A DNA stretch of 64,000 bases from Eledone cirrhosa. Its lineage: Eukaryota. Both the position numbers and the translations under genes were made by a program. The stretch covers positions 192,324,001 to 192,388,000 of the forward strand of contig OZ024743.1 of NCBI GenBank assembly GCA_964016885.1, read 5' to 3'. The notes beneath the pieces were generated by a model that saw nothing but the letters and a program-made list of their open reading frames with translations, was not told the DNA's origin and ran no database searches. Within the stretch, counting starts at the first letter, position 1; each line of letters begins with the position of its first letter. Shown here in pieces: positions 48,537 through 62,100 of this stretch.

Positions 48537-48544
<8 letters not shown>
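48016..48544. repeat. Perfect palindrome, 264-bp arms, 1-nt spacer
   Basis: 48016-48279 is the reverse complement of 48281-48544. Lies between (TA)n tracts. Confidence 0.95.
48341..48385 (+). ncRNA. Type I hammerhead ribozyme motif (mirror copy at 48175-48219, minus)
   Basis: agtca-CTGAAGA-g-gtcaca gagtg tgtgac-GAAA-gaac-TA-tgact. Confidence 0.7.
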
Positions 48545-48586
<42 letters not shown>

Positions 48587-48861
48587 ACACATACTTACAA
48601 AGCAACTAATTGCATTTGATGTCTCCCTATTTCATAGGTCATTTAGTAAGCTAAATAAAAATATTCATAGGGGAATGAGTAGGGTAGAAAGAGATACGAA
48701 CTGTCACTTGTAATAGATACTTAGATTTGAATGCAAAATAAATGAAGAAATCATAATTAAAACAAAGAATGTTGTTTACCTGGGAGCTCTTACGAAATGT
48801 CCGTGAACATATGTGATAGAATTTATCTCCCTTCGTAAAAGTGGTAAATTTTGTATTTTCG

Positions 48862-48898
<37 letters not shown>

Positions 48899-48907
48899 GT
48901 TGTTATT

Positions 48908-51900
48908 CCTTGAATCTCAGTCATTGATGTTGGTTAACTGGAAAGTCCGTTGGATTGAATATCAAGCCACTACCTGCAGCCTCAGATATTCAGGACGTAT
49001 CGGAGGGTTCTTGCTGTTCCAAGCAAGCATGCCTTTTGAAGCGTTCCAAAAAGCGTGAAGGGGCCGATTTTCTTTAACCATCCCTGGAAACTTTTGGAGA
49101 TAGTCCCCAGTGCGCCTATGACAATCGGGATCACTTTGACTTCATGGCAGTTCCAAATCCTTTTCACCTCCCACTTTAGGTCCTGGTATCGGTTAATTTT
49201 CTCCCTCTCCTTCTCTTGCACTCTCGTGTCGAACGGGCAGGCCACATCCACAATCAGACACGATCTTTTTTCTTTGTCCACAACCACCAGGTCAGGTCTA
49301 TTGTGTTCCAGTTTTTTGTCCGTCTGTATCCTAAAATCCCACAGCACCTTCACCTGATCGTTCTCCATCACCGCCTCTGGCCTATGCTCATACCATTTCT
49401 CAGAATGTGGTAAATTGTTTACTTTGCACAGGTGCCAGTGGATCACCCTGCCCATCACATCGTGTCTCCAGCCCTTGTAGTGGGTCTGGGCTAGGTGTTT
49501 ACACTCGGACACAATGTGAGCCACAGTCTCCTCTCTCTCTCCACAGATCCTGCACAGTGGGCTAGCCTCCTCCTTGTAAATATGGTGCTTCAACCACTTC
49601 GTTTTGAGGGCCTGCTCCTGCGCAGCCATTAGCATTCCTTCTGTAGCCTTTTTGAGGTCTCCTCTTCTCAACCAGTTCCATGTCTGTGGATCTCTAAATT
49701 CAGTTTTCTCAAAGAAGGTACTATGAAGGGATTTTCCCTTAAGGCTGCTCTTCCTCCTTGATGTTATTTCCTCCTTGGACATCCCCTGGCCTACTGTCCC
49801 CTCCTTCAGTACAGTTCTGAGCATTGGCTCCTTACTATAGGTCACGTATTTGTATAGGTTGTTTTTCTCCATCTGAACACAGTCCTCTATGCTGATAAGA
49901 CCTCTTCCACCCTCAGATCTCCTTAGGTAGAGTCTATCGACATCACTCCTCTTGTGGAACATGTTGTAGATAGTCAATAGCTTCCTAGTCTTCCTATCCA
50001 TTTCTTTTTGTTCAGCAACATTCCATCTCAGAATTCCCGCACTGTACCTAATAATAGACACAGCTCGGGAATTTACTGCGCTTATGGCATTTCTGCTGTT
50101 CAGATGTGACTTCAATACGCTCCTTACTCTCCGAATGTATTCAGTTCTTAACAATTCCTTCATTTTTTTGTTCTTTATGCCATCAGCCTCCAGAACGCCC
50201 AAATACTTGTATCCTTCCTCAGAGTCAATTTCCTTTATCATCTCACCTGTTGGTATCTGGATCCCGTTACTTCTGCTCAACCTACCCCTCCTCATCACAA
50301 TGACTCCACATTTACCAATACCAAACTGCATACATATATCACTGCTGAAAATACGGACAGTGTCAACAAGCACATCCAACTCCTTCTCACTTTTCCCGAA
50401 GAGCTTAAGATCGTCCATGAAGAGGAGGTGATTGATGGTAAGCTCTCCCCTTCCCAACTTGTATCCTGCTCTCACTTTTGGCAGCATAATGGTCAAGGGC
50501 ATCAGGGCAAGGACAAACAACAGAGGGGACAGGCTATCTCCCTGGAAGATACCTCTCTTGATCTTCACGCTTCCCAAGGATACTCCAGTTGATGTCAACT
50601 CTGTCTCCCAGGACCCCATACTCCTGCCTAGCAACTGTCTGATGTTATCTGTCACCCTGAAGATCTCCAGGCTTTTGGTGATCCAAGAATGAGGCACCAT
50701 GTCAAATGCCTTTCTGTAGTCTATCCATCCCATGGCAAGATCAGTGTGTCTCCTCCTGCAATTCCCCATTACCATCTTATCAATAAGTAACTGGTCCTTT
50801 GTACCACGTGACTTCTTTCGGCATCCTTTCTGTTCGTCCGGTAACAAGTTGTTTGTGTGGAGGTGATGGTAGATTTCCTCAGACACAATGCTCGTCAACA
50901 GTTTCCACATTACGGACAGACATGTGATAGGTCTATAGTTGGTAACATCATTACCCTTGATTCGGTCTTTCATTATCAGAACTGTGGTACCTTTTGTCAA
51001 CCACTCTGGCACCTCACCCGACACCAAGCAGTCATTGAACATGGCCGTCAGCTTCGGGTGGAGGGATGTTAAATGTTTAATCCAATACCCCTGCACACCA
51101 TCTGGGCCTGGTGATTTCCAGTTGGTTAGTTTTTTGGCCTGCCCCTTAAGAGTTTCAACTGTGATACTCAAATCAGTTTGTTGTTGTGCCTGCTCACCGA
51201 TCTCCCTCTGTACTGTCTCAATCCACCCTGCCTGGACATTATGTCTAACATCCTGCTCCCATATTCCTCTCCAGAATGTTTTAGTTTGCTCCGCCCCAGG
51301 GATCAAGTCGTTGCCTCTTTCTTTCCCCTCAAGCTGTCCAAACAGCATCTTCTGGTTGTTGTCGAACATGCGGTTCTGTTTATACTGACTGACTCTGTTC
51401 TCGTATCGCCTGATTTTTGCACTCTTTGCTACAATGCGTTGCTTCAGTTCCTCTATGGTAATATTTAGCTTTTTCCTCCTAGTTTTGTATTTTATTTCCA
51501 GTCTATTTTTAGTGCCTATGTTTTTTAGTGTCCCATTCAGTAGTGACTCAAGCTTTCCTATGTCATTTCTCATTTCCCCGATTTGCCCACTCAGTCGCTC
51601 TTCCACCACGGCTCTGCTCTTTCTTGTCTGTTGTTTCCTCTCGCTTTTATACCAAGTAGTTTCCTCACCGTATTTGCTGTTGCTTTGAGGATATTGTTGC
51701 ACTGGTGAAGGCTCCTCGCCTCAAGGTATGGGATGACTTTGTTTACCTTAGCTGTTGTTTCTTTTAACTTTTTCCTGTCTACAAATCTTAGGTTCATAGG
51801 TCTCCCACTATCATTGTTCAATTCATCTACCACTAAATTTAGGATGTCAACCGAATCTTGTCCTAGCCCGTCAGCATTCATCTCCTCAGTGGCCGTATCT

Positions 51901-53461
51901 CTGTTCCAGGTATTATTTATCTCAGTATTCAGATCATTGTCTGCTTCGGGTGGTTCCTCCGTTCTCAGGACCTCTTCACCTTCATTTCCCACTGGCTCGC
52001 TTGTCTGGCATACTACACCCGCCATCTCCAAGCCATTCTCTCTGCTCAGTTCCTCCAGTTCCAGCTCGCTTATCCACCCATTAGTTCTTATTACCCGAGC
52101 CTGCCCGGCCAATTTTTGTTCATCTAATTTAAATAAACCAATCTCGTTCCAGATGTTATGCATCCGTCTCCTGTAGCCCCTCTCCTTGGGGTTACTTTTC
52201 AGGTAACATTGCATAACAGTTCTATTTAATTCTTTCGTCCAGTTGGTTCTGGCCCCTTTCCTTCTTCTCCTTCCTCCAACATCAGCAGTATTTGGTTGAC
52301 AGTCAGGTTCCTGCTGCTGAGCCAGGGGGCACCTGTTGGGTGAGAGTCTGTCACATGACGTTCTAGTCTCCATTTCACCGTTATTCGAACTGTTTATGTT
52401 CGATATTTAAACACTCTTATCGAGGATTGGCGAATGTATGGTTACATAGCCATCTGTGGATCCGCCATTCCACTTGGCCCTTGTGTGGCATTATCACCAC
52501 GCTGTATACGAACACACATAAACAAACAAACAGACAGGCAGAAAGGGCCCCAAAAATGAATAAGCATAAGTTTCATTGTAATGTAGTGTTCGAATGTCTG
52601 ACTTAGTTTTTGTTTTTTAAGTTTTAGTTTTTCCCCCCTCTTCTCTGTCCGTCCGCCTGCTTCTCTCTTCATTCTTATTTTCTTTACGCTTTTGGGGTTT
52701 TTTTTTTTGTTTTTGTTTTTGTTTTTATTTTTGTTTTTGTTTTTCTCTGTTTGTTTTTCTCGTTTTTTGCTGTTGTTGCTGTGCTGCTTTGGTTTTGTTG
52801 TTTGTTTTTTCTTTTTTCTTTTGAGTCTATCTATATATTTTGATGCCTTCCTCTTTTTTAGCAGTAGGGATTCTATAATGTGGTGGCAGCAGCCAGCTGG
52901 AAGAGTGGGTGCCTGGCGGCGGTAGCGATACTGAAACAGTGGTGGTGGTGATGTCGATACCGAGGCAGTGGTGGCGGTGATATGACCGTATTACTGTAGT
53001 GATGGTGCTGTAGCGGTGGTAGCAGTGAAGGAGTGAAGGGGTGGTGGCGGCGGTGATGGGATAATGGTGGTAATGATGGCCGTAGTGAGCGGTGGTGGTG
53101 AAAATGCCGTTATCTGGCTGTTGTGTTTAGTGTACACAGGTGATGGGGTGGGTGGTGTATCTAGTTTCTGGTGTTGGTGAGTTTCGCTGTTCTATATAGT
53201 GTAGACAGAGGAGAGGTGGAGGGGGTTCTTCTTCCATTTATAGCCATTTTCTTTTTTGGATATACAGTGTACAATACAAAGTTGAATATTTGAATATTTG
53301 AGCCTTATAACAATATATTTGGGGTCCGAATTTTTTTGGGGCTCAAGCCGGGTGCTTTACGTAGCGTTTGTACTAAGAGTTGTTATTTCACAAATGATTT
53401 AAATATGTTAAAAATTCAAAACTTACGGGAGCGATTTCATGACCTCCGCCACCTTCTTCCC
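48908..53461 (-). mobile_element. Full-length R4/Dong-like RLE non-LTR retrotransposon (one frameshift)
   Basis: Bounded by TAA repeats on its sense strand (48871-48907 and 53462-53510). The single long ORF is broken near ~51590. Confidence 0.9.
48982..52373 (-). pseudogene. R4/Dong ORF: N-terminal domain, RT, CCHC finger and restriction-like endonuclease
   Basis: Overlapping ORFs 51591-52373 and 48982-51702. Motifs KSPGPDG, NYRPITCL, DYRKAFD, IFQGDSLSP, LFMDD, CRICG...ETVAHIVSEC, RHD, RPDLVVVD...DVACPFD. Confidence 0.9.
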
Positions 53462-53510
<49 letters not shown>

Positions 53511-56500
53511 GGCGACCTACGTAGTAAATCATCGTGAGCTCCGCAAAGGTTTGTTATTTCCGTTTGTTAAAAATTGCCATTTATGGAAAATTTTATTGTT
53601 AACTGTTTATAAGCACACATACATTGTTTTCCGAAAAGGACACCCAAAAAGATTGGGGCTTTGTGCCCAAAATTTTAACTTTTATTATTATCCAAAAATT
53701 TCTTTGAAAAAAATGGCTAATTCCCCTCTGCACGAAGCAGCTGAAAGCCTTCCTCACAAAATAACACCTCACACCGACACCACCATTGTAAATGTTACTA
53801 CGTTTGCCAACACAAAAAAAAATATAAGCAGTAGCAATATTTTAAATTTGTCTCAGGCAGACATTCATTTCCCGCCATTACCAATGACTGCAGGTGTTAA
53901 ACCCTCCACCACCACCACCACCGCGACAACCACCAGCACCACCACCGCGACAACAGAAACAAAAGAAGAAAAAAATAAATTAACTCGTGATGTCGAAATG
54001 AAATCAAGCAAAATGGACTCTTCCGCACCAAAGACGACTGACGTCACCACCACCACAACTGAAACTAAAATTAAGATTAACACAAATAACGATAGCAACA
54101 ACAACAATGACATTATAAAACCGACCCTCAGTTTCGCCATAGTAGCAAAACAATTCGAAGCATTCACGGTAACTCAAGAGGATTTAGAAAATGCCAAACA
54201 AATGGTAAAGAAAGATGGGTACAGGGTCAGCCCCCCCCCCCCCTCACCCCACCTAATAAAATGGAGCATCGGCGCCTATGTACCGTGTCGTATAGAACAA
54301 TAAATGTAAAATCGCGCCGAGTGGAACGGGCATCCGAGTCCCAAATCCAAAAAGCTTTGGGACACGTGTGGGCAAGAAAATCCCACATCAGACGTGGGCA
54401 AAAGTATGGAACCGTGGATGTGTTCTTTGAAACACCAGAGGAGGCTAGAGAACACTCCATGGCCCCATTAAAAAGTGACGACTTCACACTCGTCCCAAGC
54501 TATTGTGGCCAGAGACTCGTAAAGATCAGGGTGACCCACGTTCCACCGGCCATCGAAATTCCCTGGCTAATAGCGGCTGTCCTCGCCGGCATCGAAGCCA
54601 ACACAAAAATAATAGCAATAGCAAAAGAAAAGCAGGAAAACTGGTCCGGATCTGGGATGGAGCTCCTAATCCAAGCGGACCAAAAAAGCATTGAGGAGAT
54701 CCCAGAGGTAATAGACCTCACTGACGGCAGCCACCTCACGGTAATTGTCGAGGGCAGAAGACCTAGATGTGTCGTTTGTGGTGAAGGAACCCACCTAAGG
54801 GCTTTCTGCCCTCAGGCTAAAAGGTTGAGGCCACCTCTCCTACCCACCCCAGTGACACAAGCATAAACACCACCAGTAGCAGAGATGGCAGCAACAACTG
54901 TAGCAGCAACAACAGAAGCAACTATAACAGCAACAACCCCAGCAACAGTAGCAAAACCAACACCACTACCACCACCAGCAAAACCAACACCACCACCACC
55001 CAACGCTTCAGAACTAGCACCAGCGCCTACACCATCCACCACACCACAACCAAAACTAACGGCTGTGGAGGATTTTCCACTCCCCGGCCTATCACAACTG
55101 GAGACAGATTGTGACGACGAGGAGTGGGAAACGATATCCGGAAAAAAAAAGAAACCAAAAAAGAAAAAGTTCTCTTCCTTCCCCCTCCAAAAACAAAATA
55201 CAGAGGGAAACAAATAAACTAAGAAACAAAAAAGTTAGGACAGATATGCCACCATCCACACCAGCATCACCAACCCCATCAACCCAAACACCAACACCAT
55301 CACCATCATTATCCCCAGCACCACCATCACCTACACCACAAAAGTCACCAAAATGCGAAACAGAAACAAACCCACAACAAACGCAAACAAAACAAAACAA
55401 CCAAAACGATACACACTACACAGCATTAAATTTGAACAACAAGCAATTATTACACTACATCCAACACAACACCAGCATCACAGAAAAAGACTACACAACA
55501 ACCCCAAAATTCACACCACCTCCACACATACAAATCACTCGCATCACACAGAAAACGTACATGACACTAAAACAAAAATTCCCCAAAGACATCGGAGACT
55601 TCCGACAAGCACTCTCCAGGAGGATTTATAAGGACATCGTTCCTGAGGAGGCCACAAGCAGTGAAAAGGATGGAAAAGCCGTCCTTCCACTACGAGAAGT
55701 AAGGTAAGTGGTCTTTCCCATCTTTTCCACTCCTTTTCAACATGACCTCACTCAGAATAGGCAGCATAAATGCGCGTGGCTTGGGGTCGTCATGGAAGCA
55801 GGGCCACCTGCTCAACGACCTCAGGTCACTAAACATAGATGTAGTGGCCATCAGCGAGACCAGAATCTCCGAAGCACAGGCTTTCGCACCGATCTTCGGC
55901 GGCTACGATGTGTACGCATCTCCCAGCCGTCCGGGATCGGGGGGAGGAGTTGCTGTGCTTTTTCGGAGAGGTTTGGATCTTGCCATACGGGCCATCTTCC
56001 TGGACCCAGAAGGTAAGTTGGTGGTGCTGGACGCGACCAGCGGAGACGGGCAAGCTTTCAGGTTAGTGGCCGTCTATGCCCCGACAGGAGCAGGGCGGCC
56101 TGATTTCTTCCGGCGTCTGGAGACCTTTCTTGGAACGTTCCGCTCTTTAGTGTTAGTGGGCGACTGGAACGGGATCTTAGATGCACGCTGGGATTGTGTG
56201 GGATTAGTGGATAGGGAAGGAGGGTGCAAGAGTCTCACCAACCTGCTCAGACGTTTTGAACTGTCTGACAGGTACCGAATGGATTTCCCGAATGTACCAA
56301 TGTGGACTTGGACAAATCGCATAGGGTCATCCAGATCATATCTAGATAGAGTATTTTGTAGGGAAATAGATAGGTCTAGCATAGGCTGTCCACAATTCAA
56401 GATAGTCAGCTACACGGACCACAAATTCGTGATCTGTGTGCTTGACTTAGATAGGCTTCATAGACAAAGACCCGGCTACTGGAAGCTAAACGCGTCCTTA

Positions 56501-59057
56501 CCAGTGCGCAAGGCCTACAGAGACCGGATTAGCGAACTAGTTAGGCGGGCGTTGACGGGGGCCATCGTTAACAACAAGTGGTGGTTTGCTCTGAAAAGAG
56601 CAATTAGAATAGAGTCCATTAGGTTTAGTAAGACTTTAGCAATAGATAAAAATAGAGCAGAGGGAGAATTAGTTAGAAAATTAGATGAGGCGCTTAGCAA
56701 AGGCATCGCGACCGACGTACTTGCGGCGAAATTGGCCCTTGACCAATTCTTCAATGCAAAGCACGAAGGCTGCGTTGTCAGAGCTAGGGTGCGTGCTCTC
56801 AGACACGAGGGGACGAAAGCCGTTCAATAGGCCCGAGTGGCGGAGGCGCGTCGTGGCAATAAAGCCACGATCCGGTCTTTGGTGGACCACGACGGGCGCA
56901 TGCTACTCGATCCCGGGAAAATGTGTGAAGCTTTTCAGCGACACTTCGCTCAACTGTTCGGGGGCAGAGTTCAAGATTTTGGCCAAGGTGCTAGCAAAGA
57001 GGTTGGCGCTTGTCGTTGGTGGTCTGGTGGGAGAGGCACAGACATGCGCCATTCCCGACAGATCCATCCACGACAACCTCCACCTCATGCGATACATCGT
57101 AGAGAGGGTAGCTAGGGAACCTGGCACGGGTGGGTCTTTGATCAATTTAGATCAGTCGAAAGCCTTCGATAGGGTCGACCATCGTTACCTAACGGCAGTC
57201 CTGAGGGCGGCTGGCTTTGGGCCCGTCTTCAGAGGCTGGATCGCTGCCATGCACAGCGACATCTGCTCTGTAGTGAGAGTGAACGGTCACCTTTCGGAAC
57301 CGTTCAACATCATGCGCTCGGTCCGCCAAGGATGTCCCCTCTCGTCCCTATTGTACGTATTGACTCTCGAGCCATTACTGCACAAACTGGAGACGTTGAG
57401 GGGGGTCCCGCGCGAACTAGGATGCGGAAGATCCGTGTCAGCATATGCCGACGATGTCACCGTAGTGGTGTCGAACGCCAAACACATCGAGGCGATCGGC
57501 ACTACATTAAGAGAATACGAAGCGGTGACAGGAGCAATGATCAACCAGGAAAAGTCAGTGGGCCTGCAGCTCGGCACCTGGAGAGGCAGGTCCATGCCGT
57601 CCAACAGCGTCGTCGGGCGCTGGACGGACGGACGGACCGGTTAAATTGCTAGGGGTCTGGTTCGGTCCAGACCTCCAGACGGACAAAAACTGGGACGAGG
57701 TGACGAGCAGGGTGGCTTCTCTCACCCAGAAATGGGCCGAGAGGAAGCTATCCCTGAAAGGTCGAGCGGAGGTGGCGAATGCGTACATCGCATCCGTCAT
57801 CTACTACCGCCTGACCGTCGTACCTTGTCCTAAGCCCCGCCTGACTGCGCTGGAGCGTTTGCTCTTTCGCTTCTTGTGGAAGGGACGCGCTCCGATGGTC
57901 AGGCGGTCCATCTGCTGTCAACACCCGCTACGTGGAGGGCTGGGCATGCCGTGGCTGATGATGCGCAGACACGCGCTCAGGCTACGACATCTCCACCTCT
58001 TCCTCGACGGTGATCAGGTGTGGTCGCCGTTTGCAAGACACGTTTTTCCCCAGCTCGTCTCCTTGACGGAGCTGCAGTCCTGGGTCAAGCGAAGACCGAG
58101 AGGGAGCGCTTGGAGACTGGAATGTCTTCAGGCGCTCACAGCCCTCGACCAATCGGGCAATGTGATCGGTGGAAACTCCACCTTGGCGTTCTATAGGGGA
58201 TTAGTGGAGGGGAAGAGCGACGACGTACTTGGAGAAACTCTAGGCGTCGACGAAAATCAACTAGCCAATCTCTTCGGAAGGACTTTCGGGCCGGAGCCTA
58301 TGGACAACTTCCAGAAATCCCTGGCCTGGCAGTGCTACTGGGGAGCTTTGGCAGTTCGGGATAAACTCTACAGGCATGGAGGTGCCGTCAGCCGGGCATG
58401 TCCGAGATGCGCGCAGGGCGACGAAACCGTCCTGCACGCACTCGTCCAGTGTCCGAGCATTGCTGACTTGTGGGTTTATGTCGAACACCTGCTGTCACGT
58501 GTAGGACGGATCCAGCTATCAGCTGAGTCCATCGTGAGGATTGCCCCGCCCCCTTCCTTTAGCCTGGAAGGGCAGGCAGTTTTTATCTGTCTGGTGGCCA
58601 TGGCGAAAGAGATAGTATGGTGGACACGTTTGAAAGGGCTGAAGACGAGCACTTACCTCTTCGGTGATGCCCTGATTAACTTTTTCAAATTTCATTTGAA
58701 AAGGAAAATCAGGGTAGAGAGGGAAGTGCTCTCTTCCCAGCATTTTGTTGAAAGATGGGTGAGAGAAGCAAGTATGGCCCGAATGAATGGGCCTTCTCTG
58801 AGTATGTGTCTGTAAATTAAAGGTGGAAAACTGGGAGAGGGCACTTGCCCTGGTGGTCAGGGCCACTGTGGTCTTTTAATGGGCTTTCTCCACAAATGTC
58901 CCTTGGACGTCTCCCCCCTATTGGCGAATTTTTCTTTGTTATTTTATTTCAACCTCTGTTTTCTTACACTCAGAAATGCCCATTTGTACCGTCCTGTATT
59001 GTCCTGTACTGTCCTTAATGTCTACTTTATGTGAACCCTTGTGGTTAATAAAGAAAA

Positions 59058-59058
<1 letters not shown>
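53511..59058 (+). mobile_element. 5'-complete Tx1 LINE, copy D (type B ORF1), defective
   Basis: Same 5' end as copy B. ORF1 53713-55707 frameshifted. ORF2 55742-58815 has a stop, a 350-bp deletion at ~56966 and a 4-bp duplication. (ATT)n on both sides. Confidence 0.95.
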
Positions 59059-59127
<69 letters not shown>

Positions 59128-62100
59128 GGCGACCTACGTAGTAAATCGTATCATCGTGAGCTCCGCAAAGGTTTGTTATTTCCGTTTGTTAAAAATTGCC
59201 ATTTATGGAAAATTTTATTGTTAACTGTTTATAAGCACACATACATTGTTTTCCGAAAAGGACACCCAAAAAGATTGGGGCTTTGTGCCCAAAATTTTAA
59301 CTTTTATTATTATCCAAAAATTTCTTTGAAAAAAATGGCTAATTCCCCTCTGCACGAAGCAGCTGAAAGCCTTCCTCACAAAATAACACCTCACACATAC
59401 ACCACCATTGTAAATGTTACTACGTTTGCCAACACAAAAAAAAATATAAGCAGTAGCAATATTTTAAATTTGTCTCAGGCAGACATTCATTTTCCGCCAT
59501 TACCAATGACTGCAGGTGTTAAAGCCTCCACCACCACCACCACCGCGACAACCACCACCCCCACCACCACCGCGACAACAGAAACAAAAGAAGAAAAAAA
59601 TAAATTAACTCGTGATGTCGAAATGAAATCAAGCAAAATGGACTCTTCCGCACCAAAGACGACTGACGTCACCACCACCACAACTGAAACTAAAATTAAG
59701 ATTAACACAAATAACGATAGCAACAACAACAACAATGACATTATAAAACCGACCCTCAGTTTCGCCATAGTAGCAAAACAATTCGAAGCATTCACGGTAA
59801 CTCAAGAGGATTTAGAAAATGCCAAACAAATGGTAAAGAAAGATGGGTACAGGGTCAGCTTCACCCCCCCCCCCCCTAATAAAATGGAGCATCGGCGCCT
59901 ATGTACCGTGTCGTATAGAACAATAAATGTAAAATCGCGCCGAGTGGAACGGGCATCCGAGTCCCAAATCCAAAAAGCTTTGGGACATGTGTGGGCAAGA
60001 AAAACCCACATCAGACGTGGGCAAAAGTATGGAACCGTGGATGTGTTCTTTGAAACACCAGAGGAGGCTAGAGAACACTCCATGGCCCCATTAAAAAGTG
60101 ACGACTTCACACTCGTCCCAAGCTATTGTGGCCAGAGACTCGTAAAGATCAGGGTGACCCACGTTCCACCGGCCATCGAAATTCCCTGGCTAATAGCGGC
60201 TGTCCTCGCCGGCATCGAAGCCAACACGAAAATAATAGCAATAGCAAAAGAAAAGCAGGAAAACTGGTCCTGATCTGGGATGGAGCTCCTAATCCAAGCG
60301 GACCAAAAAAGCATTGAGGAGATCCCAGAGGTAATAGACCTCACTGACGGCAGCCACCTCACGGTAATTGTCGAGGGCAGAAGACCTAGATGTGTCGTTT
60401 GTGGTGAAGGAACCCACCTAAGGGCTTTCTGCCCTCAGGCTAAAAGGTTGAGGCCACCTCTCCTACCCACCCCAGTGACACAACCATCAACACCACCAGT
60501 AGCAGAGATGGCAGCAACAACTGTAGCAGCAACAACAGAAGCAACTATAACAGCAACAACCCCAGCAACAGTAGCAAAACCAACACCACTACCACCACCA
60601 GCAAAACCAACACCACCACCACCCAACGCTTCAGAACTAGCACCAGCGCCTACACCATCCACCACACCACAACCAAAACTAACGGCTGTGGAGGATTTTC
60701 CACTCCCCGGCCTATCACAACTGGAGACAGATTGTGACGACGAGGAGTGGGAAACGATATCCGGAAAAAAAAAAAGAAACCAAAAAAGAAAAAATTCTCT
60801 TCCTTCCCCTCCAAAAACAAAATACAGAGGGAAACAAATAAACTAAGAAACAAAAAAGTTAGGACAGATATGCCACCATCCACACCAGCATCACCAACCC
60901 CATCAACCCAAACACCAACACCATCACCATCATTAACTCCAACACCACCATCACCTACACCACAAAAGCCACCAAAATGCGAAACAGAAACAAACCCACA
61001 ACAAACGCAAACAAAACAAAACAACCAAAACGATACACACTACACAGCATTAAATTTGAACAACAAGCAATTATTACACTACATCCAACACAACACCAGC
61101 ATCACAGAAAAAGACTACACAACAACCCCAAAATTCACACCACCTCCTCACATACAAATCACTCGCATCACACAGAAAACGTACATGACACTAAAACAAA
61201 AATTCCCCAAAGACATCGGAGACTTCCGACAAGCACTCTCCAGGAGGATTTATAAGGACATCGTTCCTGAGGAGGCCACAAGCAGTGAAAAGGATGGAAA
61301 AGCCGTCCTTCCCCTACGAGAAGTAAGGTAAGTGGTCTTTCCCATCTTTTCCACTCCTTTTCAACATGACCTCACTCAGAATAGGCAGCATAAATGCGCG
61401 TGGCTTGGGGTCGTCATGGAAGCAGGGCCACCTGCTCAACGACCTCAGGTCACTAAACATAGATGTAGTGGCCATCAGCGAGACCAGAATCTCCGAAGCA
61501 CAGGCTTTCGCACCGATCTTCGGCGGCTACGATGTGTACGCATCTCCCAGCCGTCCGGGATCGGGGGGAGGAGTTGCTGTGCTTTTTCGGAGAGGTTTGG
61601 ATCTTGCCATACGGGCCATCTTCCTGGACCCAGAAGGTAAGTTGGTGGTGCTGGACGTGACCAGCGGAGACGGGCAAGCTTTCAGGTTAGTGGCCGTCTA
61701 TGCCCCGACAGGAGCAGGGCGGCCTGATTTCTTCCGGCGTCTGGAGACCTTTCTTGGAACGTTCCGCTCTTTAGTGTTAGTGGGCGACTGGAACGGGATC
61801 TTAGATGCACGCTGGGATTGTGTGGGATTAGTGGATAGGGAAGGAGGGTGCAAGAGTCTCACCAACCTGCTCAGACGTTTTGAACTGTCTGACAGGTACC
61901 GAATGGATTTCCCGAATGTACCAATGTGGACTTGGACAAATCGCATAGGGTCATCCAGATCATATCTAGATAGAGTATTTTGTAGGGAAATAGATAGGTC
62001 TAGCATAGGCTGTCCACAATTCAAGATAGTCAGCTACACGGACCACAAATTCGTGATCTGTGTGCTTGACTTAGATAGGCTTCATAGACAAAGACCCGGC

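Noticed and set aside
52374-53461. HDV-like ribozyme in the R4 5'UTR
   Set aside because: No nested double pseudoknot found by eye. An Infernal/RNArobo search would be needed.
56960-56975. 350-bp ORF2 deletion as a spliced-out intron
   Set aside because: No placement of the breakpoints gives GT...AG. A CAG microhomology explains it.
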